From: Hormiphora californensis
Taxonomy: Eukaryota > Animalia > Ctenophora
Assembly: GCA_020137815.1 (NCBI GenBank)
Contig: CM035358.1
Span: 5,394,001 to 5,458,000 of the forward strand
Direction: 5' to 3'
DNA: 64,000 bases
Below the pieces are notes generated by a model. The model was not told the origin of the DNA, searched no databases, and saw nothing but the letters and a program-made list of their open reading frames with translations. Positions within the stretch are counted from its first letter, which is position 1. Each line of letters starts with the position of its first letter. Both the position numbers and the translations under genes were made by a program. Positions 41,524-54,000 of the stretch are shown one piece after another.

Positions 41524-44500
41524 CTAGAAAGCCCGTTGAAGTAGAGCACCGGTTGACCCAAATACCCACACTATCTCTCACCCAGAGCACTCAGCACCCC
41601 TCTCAACCGCTGCACCAACATCGGAGAGATTTAAGAAATAAAACACGTGTTTTTATAAGTTGAAACAATTTTTGTATCAAATCAAGCAATATATCAGCTG
41701 TTCCTCCGTTTTGTATTCTTCGTATCGTTCATTTTACACAGATATGGCTTTGCACTTTGTTGGGAGGCTCTTGCTAAGATGGATGATGGTAGTGTAACTT
41801 GACTTGCATGTAGTTGACAACTTGACCATTCTTTAGCTTTATTGAGTCAATCTAAGAGAGAAGAAGTGAATAGTATATACACAGAATTGGTTTTTACAGA
41901 TTTTAATAAAAAGACGTGTTCATGGATGATATGTGACTCAGCCATTGGGATTCTGAGTTGCAGTTTACATCCACATATGTTTGGAATTTTGGTTTTTATA
42001 AAATGAATTTGTATTGATTAAATTAATGATTTAAAGTTGAGAACATGTACGATGATGTAAGGAGTTGAAAATTTTATTGATTGGACTAAATTATGGGACA
42101 TATGTGGATGCCCTCACTTGGCACAATCATAGATTGGTAAGATCATTGGAAAATCAATAATCAATAAATTAACGAATTGTAAAATCATGAACAACATTTA
42201 AAGTCCTAACTAAGTTATTACCTTTGTCGTAGAGCTGGGAGATACCATTTTTTACCTGAATAAAGATGCTACTATACCGCTTAGCTCTTGAGAATGCAAC
42301 GTAGAGCTGGCCATGTGAGAAGACTGGAGAGGGTAAGTAGATTCCAACAGTGTCGAACTCCTGGCCTTGGGACTTGTTGATGGTGATGCAGTAGGACAGA
42401 ATGATAGGGAATTGCAAACGTTCAAATCTGAAAGGAAAAGCAGTATCTGAGGGACATAATTTAATGCGTGGAATAAAAGCCTCCCTGCCTATAAAATTAC
42501 TGTTGCCACTAATTATCCTAACCTTCAAAACATTCCTACCTAACATAACTACTTGTAATCGAGTTCCATTGCACAGGCCGTTCCTAGGATCTAAATTTCT
42601 CAATAGCATTACAGTACAACCTTGTTTGAGCTTGAGTAGGTGAGGTGGAAGTCCGCCGATTCTTAAACTGTTGAGGAACTCTGTAGTGATTTGTCGGACT
42701 TGAGTGTTCTCGTCCTCAACAACTCGATCAACACTCAAGTATTCCCTGGGTAATGTTTGTGGTTCATATCTGTCTAAAATCGAATCATTAAGTTTGTCAG
42801 CGTCGTCATTTAGTGGTGTTACAATCACAGATCTAGATCGGTCAGTGTTAAAATCAGGGAAAACGGAGGTAGCTATGTCGTCAGTAAAATTACAGTCAGT
42901 TGGAATGTCAACTTCACCTCGAGTTCCTTCAGCGCTGGTGAGGGTTCCGTCTCCCAACGCCAACAGCCAGGTCTTGAAGGAAGTCTCTGCAGGGTCTGCT
43001 CGCACGTTCTTTGTCAGGTCCAAGAGTGTCACGTATTTCCAAAGGGGCGACCTGAAAATGCAGTTTTCAATGATCACGGGAGTGGAAGCCCTGGGAACAA
43101 TGGGGAGGGTTTGCCTAAAATCACCGGCCATTAAAATCAACTTTCCACCGAACGGTACACTGTTGTTGGTGATGTCACGGAGCAGGATGTCGATGGCCCT
43201 AAGTGCATCCAGCGGTATCATACTGGCTTCGTCTATGAATATCAAGCTGAGGGAACGAAGGTGGTCAGCTTGTTTTGAGTTCGGTCTTACCGAACATGTG
43301 GATGTACTATTGATAGGCACGGGTAACTTGAACAATGAGCACAAAGTTGTCCCTGCTATCAATAGTGTTCCTGCAATCCCTGTCCAAGCAGCATTTGCGA
43401 AATTAAGTGAGTTGGCAATACAATACATGGACAGGGTGTTGGCCAAGAACGTCTTCCCGCATCCACCACTCGCACGAATGAAGTAGATACGGGGTCTGTC
43501 AAAGGAGGGGGTTGCTCCATGGGAAAGCTCGTGGATAATTGTGTCAGCTATGAACTTCTGCTCTTCGTTCAGCTTCTCCAAATTATCCTCGGCCATGAGG
43601 GTATAGTCGTCAGTGTCATAGTCGGAAGTAGGCAGTCGCGTAATTGGGGAGGGTAAATCAAAACCAAAGTTAGTAATGGGGATACGATAAACTGACATTA
43701 AAGAGGAATGGATACTCATCAAGGCATGTTGGTGAGATTCCTCCTCGGTAAAGTGGTTGAAGTGGATGAAATCCTCAGACATGTCGTCCTTAAAATCTCT
43801 CCAGATATCTAATGGGGATGATGTGTTACAGTTGGCTAATACAGTCGCAAATAAGAAGCGAAGCTGACTTGGTGTAGAAGTCAGTTTCGCTTCATTCATA
43901 CAATCAATCCAAGTCTGGTCTGACTCTAAAATACCCATAGCCCGGCAAGTGGCCTCGAACGTGTCGTAGACAACACCCTCGTGCGTCTTCAAGTCCCTGA
44001 AAGAAGTAGCACCGCGGGCTCGCAGTAAAATTAAACGAAGATAAAATCGATCTGTGTCTCTTGGTGAAACATAGTATATCCTAGGAACAATCTTTAAAAT
44101 ATCACTATTACCTACACTCCTCTTTCTAACCACCCACCCTTTATTACCGGTGTATGTGTAGAAATAAGGAATCTCGGAGTATAGATGACGGCGTGCTGAG
44201 TGGTCCTTGGCGTTGAGAGACATCCAGTGAGTCAATGTAGTGCCAGAGTCCCGCTCAAGTACGTCGTCAGGCAATTCTCCTGTACGAAAATGTATCATAT
44301 GGTTGTTTTCAAGGTGAACAGCAAGCCTCACAATAGCGTGACTTTTGGAACATAAATTGAATTCGCGAATACGCCAAACAGCCTCCATTGCAGCTATATA
44401 TCGGCAGTCGACATATTCGCGAATTTCGTCTAACTGATCACGTGAACTTACCGTTTTCTCTACATACGCACTGTCGTAACCTTTATGCAAATACTTAAAT

Positions 44501-47500
44501 AGATATTTAATAGAACTAACTGACATGCAAGCCTCTGTATTAATGTGTGACCTATATTTTAGCAAGAGGTAAGGATTGTAGGGGACAACGTACCTATTAT
44601 CCAGATAATTACCATTCCCCTGATCGATGCGAGGTCCATCCTTCCTACGCTTGTAGATGACTCTCCCAGTGTCACTGTCGAAGCTCGTACTGTCCGCAAA
44701 GTCCTTAGGGAAGCCTTTGGTACAGTTGGAGTTGCCTTGTTGCAAACAGCGACCTGGGGAGCACTGGTGCATCATCGTTGTACTTACAATACTATATAAC
44801 TCTGGCTCTAACTCGGGATCAGGAATCTCAGCTCTGATAAATCTATCTATCTGATCTACTCTCTTTAACTTGTGCTCACCTTTAAGCCATAACGCTAAAT
44901 GAGTGTGTGGCAAACCTCTCTTCTGGAACTCGATGACGCTAGTGATGGCCTCCTGCTCGCCGAATACAAACCTCATGTCCTTGTAGAATTCGTCTGTGTG
45001 TAGTTTGTAAGTCGCAGTAACAATGTCGGGTCGGTCATTTGGCTGAAGTTTAGGTGGGCCCTGCAAATACTGATTACCAAGGTTGTCTACTATATCGGGG
45101 TGAGATGGGTTGCACGTGTACGTAATAAAAAAGTCGGGTTTAGAAAATTTAGCGGTAAGCGCCATGCTGTCTTGGTACTGCTGTTGCAGCCAGCGCTTAC
45201 CGCCAGTAAAACTGGAGGGTAAAATGGAGGGGATACCGGGATTGTACTCACAATCCCCATTGTTGGCATCCTCTCGGTGCATCATAAGTCCCTCAGAAGT
45301 TTCCTTTCGGTAGTCAGGTTGGTTCGTTCGTAGGTACAGAAGACGACCCGCCTCAATCCGAACCTGTAAAATGTAATTTTAGAAATATAATTATCATGGA
45401 CACGACACATAATCTTAATTAAAAGATAGGAAGAGAGAGATATAATGAGAGTGAAAGAGAGCGATAGTGAGAGTGAAATATAGTATTTACCTGGTGATCA
45501 ACAGTAAACTGCTGAAAGAGTTTTCTGCTGAAGTGAAGTGGTGAAAATGGGGTTGCACGGAAAGCTATACGGTGCTGGGCAAATTCAAGAGCAGTGAGTC
45601 TTGATCGGCCATTAAGTTGTTTTTGATCGGGACACCAACCTTGCTCACCTATGAAAGAAGGAATGATAAGAAAATGAAAACAAATCATCCTAATCAAAAA
45701 CAGTGATAGAAGAAGTTGATTAGTAGTGATATTAATTTACTTACCATGGGGGAACAGCAGAGGGTATGTCATGGGGTCGAGATGGTTGGAGCAGTGACTG
45801 ATCTGTTGTAAACCATAGTCCAGTCTAATTGGAAACTGATACCTTAGGAATTGTGTGTTATTCTTAGTTGCAGTGAATAGTTGTTGTCTTAAAAGAACTG
45901 ATTTCCTACCACAGTCGTAACTACATTTAATCGTCATTGTCTGTCGATCGATACACTTTACCGTCAGTCTAGTGTTGATGTCCAAGTCAGATACTCCCGG
46001 GACAGCGGCCAAAAGCACAACTCTGCAGTAGTTCTTGAGGCGAAGACGGTGTCGAGGAAGTGTAGGATGGTCGAATTCACGCATGTCAGTCAGGCTAAGA
46101 GCACTACCTGAAAGGGCATTGTTAGAAGTGTTTTCACTAAAAAACTCGTGTAATTCACCACCACGTGCATCTAATGCACGCTCAGCATCTTTGTAGACGG
46201 TGAAACCGGGAGCTGAAGGCATCCCTGAATCATCGCCTACAAAGATAGCTGCGACATCACCCTCATGAACAGGGGTGTTGTAGGTCCTCGTATCAGAACC
46301 TCGCCTGAAAAACATGCTCACAGAGCGGGGGTTAGTGGGACTCCTCTCTGTCTCTTCTCTCTCTACCTGGGCCATTCTAATGAAATCATTCTTATACGGG
46401 TTGTTAATATCAGAGAAGATCCTATGAATAAATGACATCAAACTAAGATCACAGCCAGAGTTACTTGGGTGGTTGAGACGATGTTGCAGAGCTCCACTCC
46501 CTTCAATAACGTAGAGTTGACTGAACTGCGGAACATCGCTCTCGTGCCCATGTAGAACTCCCACACTGTGACGGATCTGGCCATGTACTCGGAAAGTGTA
46601 AGGTCCTGGTCTTCCTGCTAATAATTTGTCTTCATTAGAATTTTGGGACGCGAAGGAAAAGGCAGAATTAAAGCTCCTAATATTGTCAAAAAAATTTGAA
46701 AGTGGTCCTATTCCTAGTGTTGGGTCAGTAATAGCGCCTGTAATAAGTAGTTGAAGGTCCTCGGGGTAGGGTTGTAGACGACACTGAGCAGGCAAGACAG
46801 ACTTCCCACCATTACAGCAAGAAGAGGTCTTGTGAAGCTCCTGCTCGTACAGCAACGCACCACAGCCCCAAGTACAGGATCTATCACGCAAACCTAGTCT
46901 GAATAGAGTGGGGGTTATATCACGATCAATAGCAGCAGTCTCTAGTCGTGAAAGCAATTGTCTGTGGTCGCGGGCTAGTCGTTGCTGTCGCTGTCTGTCA
47001 CGGAGTTGTTGTCTCTGTTCGTCAGTCATACTTGCTACCTGTTGACGTCTCTTTCGTTCCTGGAAGCTCTGTTAGCAGCATCTCGATCTCTCCTAACACT
47101 ATTCAAAGACTCACTATTCTCCTGTCTATAAGCTCTCTGGCTAGAATTCAAATCATCCCTATTCTGAGCCCTATTTAAAGTCTGATTCCTATTTCTAGTT
47201 TCCCTATTAACAGCAATATAATCTCTCTGATTACTATTTACCTGTTCCCTATTCTCTTCTCGGTACTCACGCTGGGATGCATTGACAGCATCACGGTTGT
47301 CTTGGCGGTGTTGACGTCTGAGAATATCGATATCTTGACGGTGTTCCTGGCTGTAGAGTCGCATCTGCTCCAAGCGGTCGGCACAGAGTCCGGTACTTGG
47401 GCCAGGTAGCTCGTCCGTGGCTGAAACACTCTGTACATCAGTATCAAAGATATCAGAATCAACTTGCATTAGGTTAGAGTTTGACATGATAGCAGACAAT

Positions 47501-48454
47501 CAATAACGAAGAAATCACTTAACTTTGCTTGTAGTGGTGAGAAATATCACAGAGGTATCGAGTTGCAACGTAATACAGAGCAAAGCGAAGGTAAAGAAAA
47601 TAACAGTAGTGGCACTTTTCAGGAATGCTCCTTCATAAAATATTTTGGTGCAAAGTTATCAAAAGTTGATTTTCAGGCTCCAGGAATTTCTCTCCACATC
47701 AAAATACACAGCACGTGCATTTCTATTGTACCCCCCACTACCTCCAATACCCCTCCCAGGGCACCTCCTTGGCAACCCCCCACCATTTGCACGTGGGATA
47801 CTCCATCATACTCATCACGCCACGCATTTGCTTATTATAATAAGGATATGGATTATCATACTACTTACTAAGCAAATTGTGTAACGGAGATCACCTAGCA
47901 ACTACACTTGCACGTGCAATTATTAGAGGGACTTGGAGACCTATCTGCCGGTTGTAGTTGGGTACCAAGGGCCAATTCAATTCTGCACGTGCATTCTTTT
48001 ACAATTCTGTCCTGATGTCTAGCTCTTCCACCCAAGCGCTATTCGGCAACGGTTATATAGGTCCAGAAGATCTGCTGCTGTCAGGGAGCAGGCTAGAGAA
48101 TATGACAGATTACGCCAACGTGTTCAAGCGAGCCAATCAACGGACAACGACTACGGATAGCTTTACCCAACGTCGCCCAAGGGTGATTACTCCAGTCGAA
48201 TATAGAAATCTCCGAATCGGCTACATAGCGGCGAAGTTTTCACGTGATGAGTTTCTGGAACAGCACTGCACCTCCATGACATTGATCTCTTAAATTCGCA
48301 CCTTGACATTGTCAGGAAGCCCAGAGCGTACAACAACATGGGTAGGGAGAAAGTGAGAGATAGGCTAGGAACGGATGGTGCATGTGATGTCAGCGTTCCC
48401 TAATCCAGCTACCATTTCCCCGAAATTCGCCCGTAGGGCGAACGGGCCTACTAG
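41524..48454 (-). mobile_element. Helitron (canonical GLPH-type RepHel), ~6.9 kb
   Basis: RepHel CDS inside; CTAG at 41524-41527 preceded on the - strand by an imperfect hairpin; CTAG at 48451-48454 preceded on the + strand by the gcccgt/acgggc hairpin. Confidence 0.85.
42169..47499 (-). CDS. Helitron Rep-helicase transposase, 3 exons (47499-45745 with a 1-bp frameshift at ~47037, 45648-45491, 45363-42169)
   Basis: Zn-like CTWGC...CCNGGK, YPLLFPHG, LFQQFTVD; Rep motifs FITYTCNP, EFQKRGLPHTH, YLFKYLHK; Pif1 motifs GGCGKT, IDEASM, GDFRQ, TINKSQG, HGQLYVAFSR; in-phase GT-AG introns. Confidence 0.95.
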
Positions 48455-49127
48455 TATTATATAATATGTATTATAATCCATCATGCTAAGGGAAGTTGAA
48501 CAATATTATCAATTATATGAGGTGCCACCTGTGTTAAATTATTGTGTCCTAGCTGTGACCCCATTATTTTTTGAGTCGCTTGACGCTGTTTCCGTGCTCC
48601 GTGATTTTTAGAATAAAAAGAAAGTATGAACAATTCAACATTATTCCTCCATTCTCGCGAAATAGCTAGTTGAAACCTAAATTGTACTTCTTCTCCTGGT
48701 ACCTGTCAGAGCATTGGCCTGACAGCCTGGTACCGGTATCTTCTCCTAGATCCCGGCCCCCTATTTACCTGAAACGTACTTTGACCCCATATACTGATTG
48801 ACATACCACAAAGCAGCTGTTTATACTTACTTCGGATTGGACTGTTGGATCCCCAACTCACTAAGTTCTGTCCCATTCTCCCCATTATTCTCAGCGGGTG
48901 AAACCTTGTTGTTTGGCTCTAAAACCACCGACATCACGCTCTAAAACCCCTTATTCAGAACCGTATACAATAATGGAGCAGTCAGATAACAGAGGAACAC
49001 AACAAACGAGTGAATTGAGCGCCCACATTCCCCAACCAGCAGGTCGAGAGTCACTTTATACCCCCTCTCTTTCTCCCTAGTTATATGCTCCATTTGTTCT
49101 TTTTCTCTTGACTCCTTAGTCTCATTT

Positions 49128-49229
<102 letters not shown>

Positions 49230-50760
49230 ATTATCTCCCTCTATCTCTTGCCCACAAGTGTGTCTCTAATTCAATTCACGGACCTTAACATGTCCTAGCA
49301 ACTGAATCTGAGAACGAGTTTTCTTAAGGCACACTGCCACATAATAACGGGTTAATCATATGGTTCACGAATCTTATCATATTATTTCACGAATCTTATC
49401 ATATATATGTGGTACATAATTCGAAATGAGAAACTCGAGTAAAATAAAATTATGATCACCATGCCAACTGCCCCTTAGTTGGGGCAGCCGAGTCAGTCAG
49501 TGAGTCAGGGGGGTTTGTACCCATCAGATAAGAGGGCTATGTCGTGTTGTAGGAGTAGTTTTTTCTAGATTTCTGAGGGTCTTTATAGCCAATAAATTGG
49601 GTTAGAAAATTTTATTAACCTAATGGTATTTTCATAGGCACCGTGAACATAATTTCACTCACGACTGGTAAAAACTTTTTCCTGGCACATGAGGCGTACC
49701 CAACTTCGGAGTCATTCGGTGAATCCCCCGTAATTCAATATGATCGCTGGCAGCTGGTCGACTGTTATATGAGTCCGGAAATTTGACTAGAAATTGACAA
49801 GTTCAACTTTAAATTAAAGTTTAATTTTCAAACAATTTACCTTTTACAGTTTCTCCTCTGGACTTGTTGTTAAAATGATTACTAAACAACATGGTCGATT
49901 GGTCGACATATGATCTGGATTCTACTATGCCAACTGAGCTGAATTATCGTTCACGACCAGACCTGTGAGGTGAAATACTTATTATTGCAGGATAATTTGT
50001 AGAAATTTAAAAACCCAGAAAATTAATGTTGTTTTGGAAAGGTGTGTCGTCATTAGGAGAATTATAGGGCGTTCGATAGCATGAAATTGAAGTGAAATGC
50101 ATGGTTCCCTGCATTAGGCCACAGAGCACTTGCCAGTACAGTGATCTGACATTTTAACGGTCACATCTGGACTGTGATCTAACTCTCTCTATCTCTATCT
50201 CTCTCTAACTCTTTCTATCTCTATCTCTCTCTTTCTAATTCTCTCCTTGCTCACACTACTGGAGAGATATGTAGTGGACAAAGAGCTGCTATAAATTGTG
50301 CAGGTCACAAAGATCTGCTAATTGGGTGCCATTGTGCATCAGACCACCCGGTCTATGGATCAAAACCCACGCGGAGATAATAAACTGTATTTCAGTCTAT
50401 ATCGATCTCTTTGTCATTTTCTCTCCCCCTTTCTCTCCCTATATTATTCTCAATCTCTCTCTCTCTCACTCTCCAAATCTGTATTATTCTCCTTCTTTCT
50501 CTATTTCTATTTTGCTTTCTTTCTCAATCTGATCTCTCTCCCCATTCCTTTATCTCAGCATTATTTGAACTTAATATCAAAGGGCAGTAATTGAGGCACA
50601 AAAGATCCGATAATCCGGGCTCCCCAGAACAGCAGAGAGATCTCTACTACCGTCGAAGTGAGAGATCTCTCCTTCAACCACAGGAATGTGTTGTCACAAA
50701 GAACAGTTGTAATTGATGTTTTATGGAGAGGTATGTGGAACAATGGTCGAATTAAAATGG

Positions 50761-50767
50761 TATAAAA
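50761..50767 (+). promoter_or_regulatory. TATA box of protease paralog 1
   Basis: gTATAAAAg upstream of a 5'UTR donor (~50842) and the ATG exon; the same motif precedes paralog 2. Confidence 0.45.
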
Positions 50768-51029
50768 GGAGGATGGATTATGGTTTTCACACCAGTCCTA
50801 AGCCAGTTGTGATCCTATCTAGTGCTCCAATATAACTACTGGTGAGTCCCAGTGCAGTTTCCCGGTGTTTCTCATTTAGATGGGCTGAAAAGAGCATCCT
50901 AGGGCCCTATTTTGGGCCTATTTGGAACTTTGCCCGTACCAGTGCGATCCCGTGGCTGTAATTTCCCTATAAACTTCAACAATTCCTAGTTTTCGACTAT
51001 ATATCCCCAACAGGCCGTATTATCCTACA

Positions 51030-54000
51030 ATGAGGGTACTCCTGTGTTTAGCAGTGGTGATTGCCGCCGCCAGCGCTCTTCCCGGCAATGCGGCCGAGAT
51101 CAAGGCTAAATTTGATGGTACGTGGGATCAGACCTAGAGTCAATTAGACCTAGATTTTTAGCTCATTTCACATTTCTTGTCATATCAGCTTCATATCCCA
51201 AAATAGGGAACTGATCAACCCTGTACTGTTCCCAATTACCCTTACCACTTCTCCTTGTTTTCTAAAACCCAACCTTCCTTCAGCGCTCATCCAGAAGGAT
51301 GGTATAGAATTGAGCAAGAAACAGTACGCATTCCGACTAAGACAATTTGTCAAACACTACAAGGCTGCAGATAAGAAGACGTGAGTTGATTCATCCCTTT
51401 GTGACGTAATTCACGTACTTTTACCGAAATTGAAAGTTCATATCAAAACTTTCGTACGTTTTTGTGGCCCCAGTTATCGACAAAACTTATTTGAATTTAG
51501 TTTTTGATATGCATATAATTTCAGGAAGATCACCTGGGACCTAGCTATGTCTAAAGTTGAAAAGGAAAGGCGAAAGGGAGGTCGAAGAGACCCGGACGTG
51601 AAAGCCAACGTGGCACTTCAGAAGCGAGAGGTAGAAAATGATATGGTCATCATAGCTCAGTAGGAACTGACAGAATTAGGAAATACTAGTCCCTGATTGG
51701 CTGATAACCAGTCACGTGACCTAAATAACGAGCTATGATTGGTTGTTTACTTGTTTCGGTCGGTTCCCGTAGTTCAGTAATGACAAAAAACTTTGGGACT
51801 GAGAAACTGTACTAGAACAATAAGTTTTTTGCAAAATAAAACAATAAGTTTGAACCTTTCAAGTGACTCTGACCATTTCTGTTAAAAACATGGTCCAGGC
51901 AGTAAAAGTGTGAATATTTTCTCTCAAATAGTTTCACTATTATACAAACACACAGACCTGTATTTTCAATTTGCCCCGTACCCTTTAGGGACGATAATAC
52001 CCGACAGAATTCTTTAAAACTTTCTGGAGACATTGAACCTATTTGACTTTGAACCTAAGTATCTGAACATAGGAAAAATAAATTTGGTTCTACATTCTAT
52101 ATTTCTATCTATGGCCAAATCGTCCCCAAAGGGTTAAGATAATTGTAGCCATTGAAGAAAGTCTGACTTAATCGTATTTCAGGAGGAAGAGCTGTTGGTA
52201 ACCCGAGCACCCTCTGCCTACGATTCCCGATCCAGCATTGGACTGAATGATGCTGTGAACCAGGGCAGCTGTGGAAACTGCTACCTTCACACATGTGAGT
52301 CCTGTCTCAGAGAGGTCCTAGTGCCTGCATATAAATTTCCTGCACTCTCTCCCGGCCAAAACCTCCCCTTATTTCAGATTCCTGCACTCAGCCTTAACTT
52401 CTCTCCCGACCCAATCCTGTCCTCATTTCTCTCCGGCAATTGGCATCCAATTTAGTCTCTCCCCCACATTTCTACAATCTACAGACAAGACGTGCATATT
52501 GGTTCTATTTATACATCTCCTTATTTCAGTTGTTGCTGCCGTTGAGGTTGCCTACAAGAAACAGACGGGCCAGCTGAAAAAGTTTTCTGAACAGGAAATG
52601 ACTGACTGCTTCTACAAGGGTTGTGACGGAGGTGATTACAGATACGTAAGTCCACCTATAGCAAATTGAGGCAATGGTACCAGCTTATTTAGACTTAAAG
52701 AATGCTTTGTATATTCAAAATCCAGTATTGATTGCTAAATTCAAAGTGTTAACATGGCACTCTCTTTCAGGTGTCCAACTATATGAGCTACACAGACAAG
52801 CTGGGTCTGAGGACAGCATATGGACCATACAAGAGCACGCCACTGACCTGTCGTGCACCAACCACCCAGGATGCCTTGGAAGGGATTCAGGTAATCAACT
52901 GTTAATTAATAATTAATTAATAGTGGCTGAATAACTGGACGTAGGTCATTGACAGTCAGACACATCTACTACAACTCTATTCAATCAAACAAGTAACTTC
53001 CTTCATGTAACACCCAACCAATCCATGAAACATCCCTTACTCATCAAATTCTCCCACCTAGGTAACTGGCTTCGTGGACGTCACACCCGACACCCTGGAG
53101 GCAGCCATTGTGAAATATGGAGCCGTTATGACCTGCATGGATTGGCCGGAGAGCAGAAGTAAGTAAACTAGTAGAATCATATGTGTTAGGCATCTCACCC
53201 ACTAGAGTGGTCATGTCGGTCATGTCCATCACACTAACCCTTTCTCACTCGCTAGAGTGGTCATGTCCATCATGCTAACCCTTTCTCACTCGCTAATGGA
53301 GAGTGGTGAGGCATCACACTGACACCGATTGCCTGGTGTTCACTCGACACAGCCCCAGCTATGTGATTCACTTGATAGCATGCACCCCTTCCCCTCCCCA
53401 GCTATGTGATTCACTTGATAACATGCACCCCTCCTCTTCCTAGGTGATCCCTGTTATATGGGAGACTATGAGGCTGGTGAAGTATTCCAAGGAAAGAGAT
53501 ACGCAGCGGGTGATGCTAACGGGTGTAACCATGCTGTTCTAATTGTCGGGTAGGTCGCCTATAATATTAGCTACCACCAATAATCAATATCCCCCTGATC
53601 CCAATTTACATGCTGTAGCTTACACCATCCGCCCTCTCAGGTACACCCCAAGCTATCTGATTGTAAGAAACAGCCACGGGAAGTCTTTTGGTGACGAAGG
53701 TTACTTTAAAATCAAGAAGGGTATCAATGCATGTGGTGTGGAAGATATCATGGCGGTAGGATATTATATTAGATTATCTAGAATTTGAATTCTATAATCA
53801 ATTGAGTTTTAAAATGGTCAAACACTATCTATATGTTGCTGTTACCGTTTTTCGCTGATTCAAACAATATAAACCAACCATAAGAGACAATCAACAAATA
53901 ACAAAAAACCATGTGCAGGCTGTAGTAACTGAAAGAAGACGAGGTAGTAAATCCCTAGCCAGCAACAAATGTCCCCGAGATAAGCCTAAATTCTGCAGTG

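Noticed and set aside
42704-43486. 260-aa + strand ORF
   Set aside because: Antisense shadow of the Helitron helicase; no recognisable motif
47563-48293. Short + strand ORFs in the Helitron 5' region as possible captured genes
   Set aside because: Non-ATG starts and no recognisable domains or splice structure
49849-49969. Apparent AG...GT bounded exon
   Set aside because: Stops in all three frames
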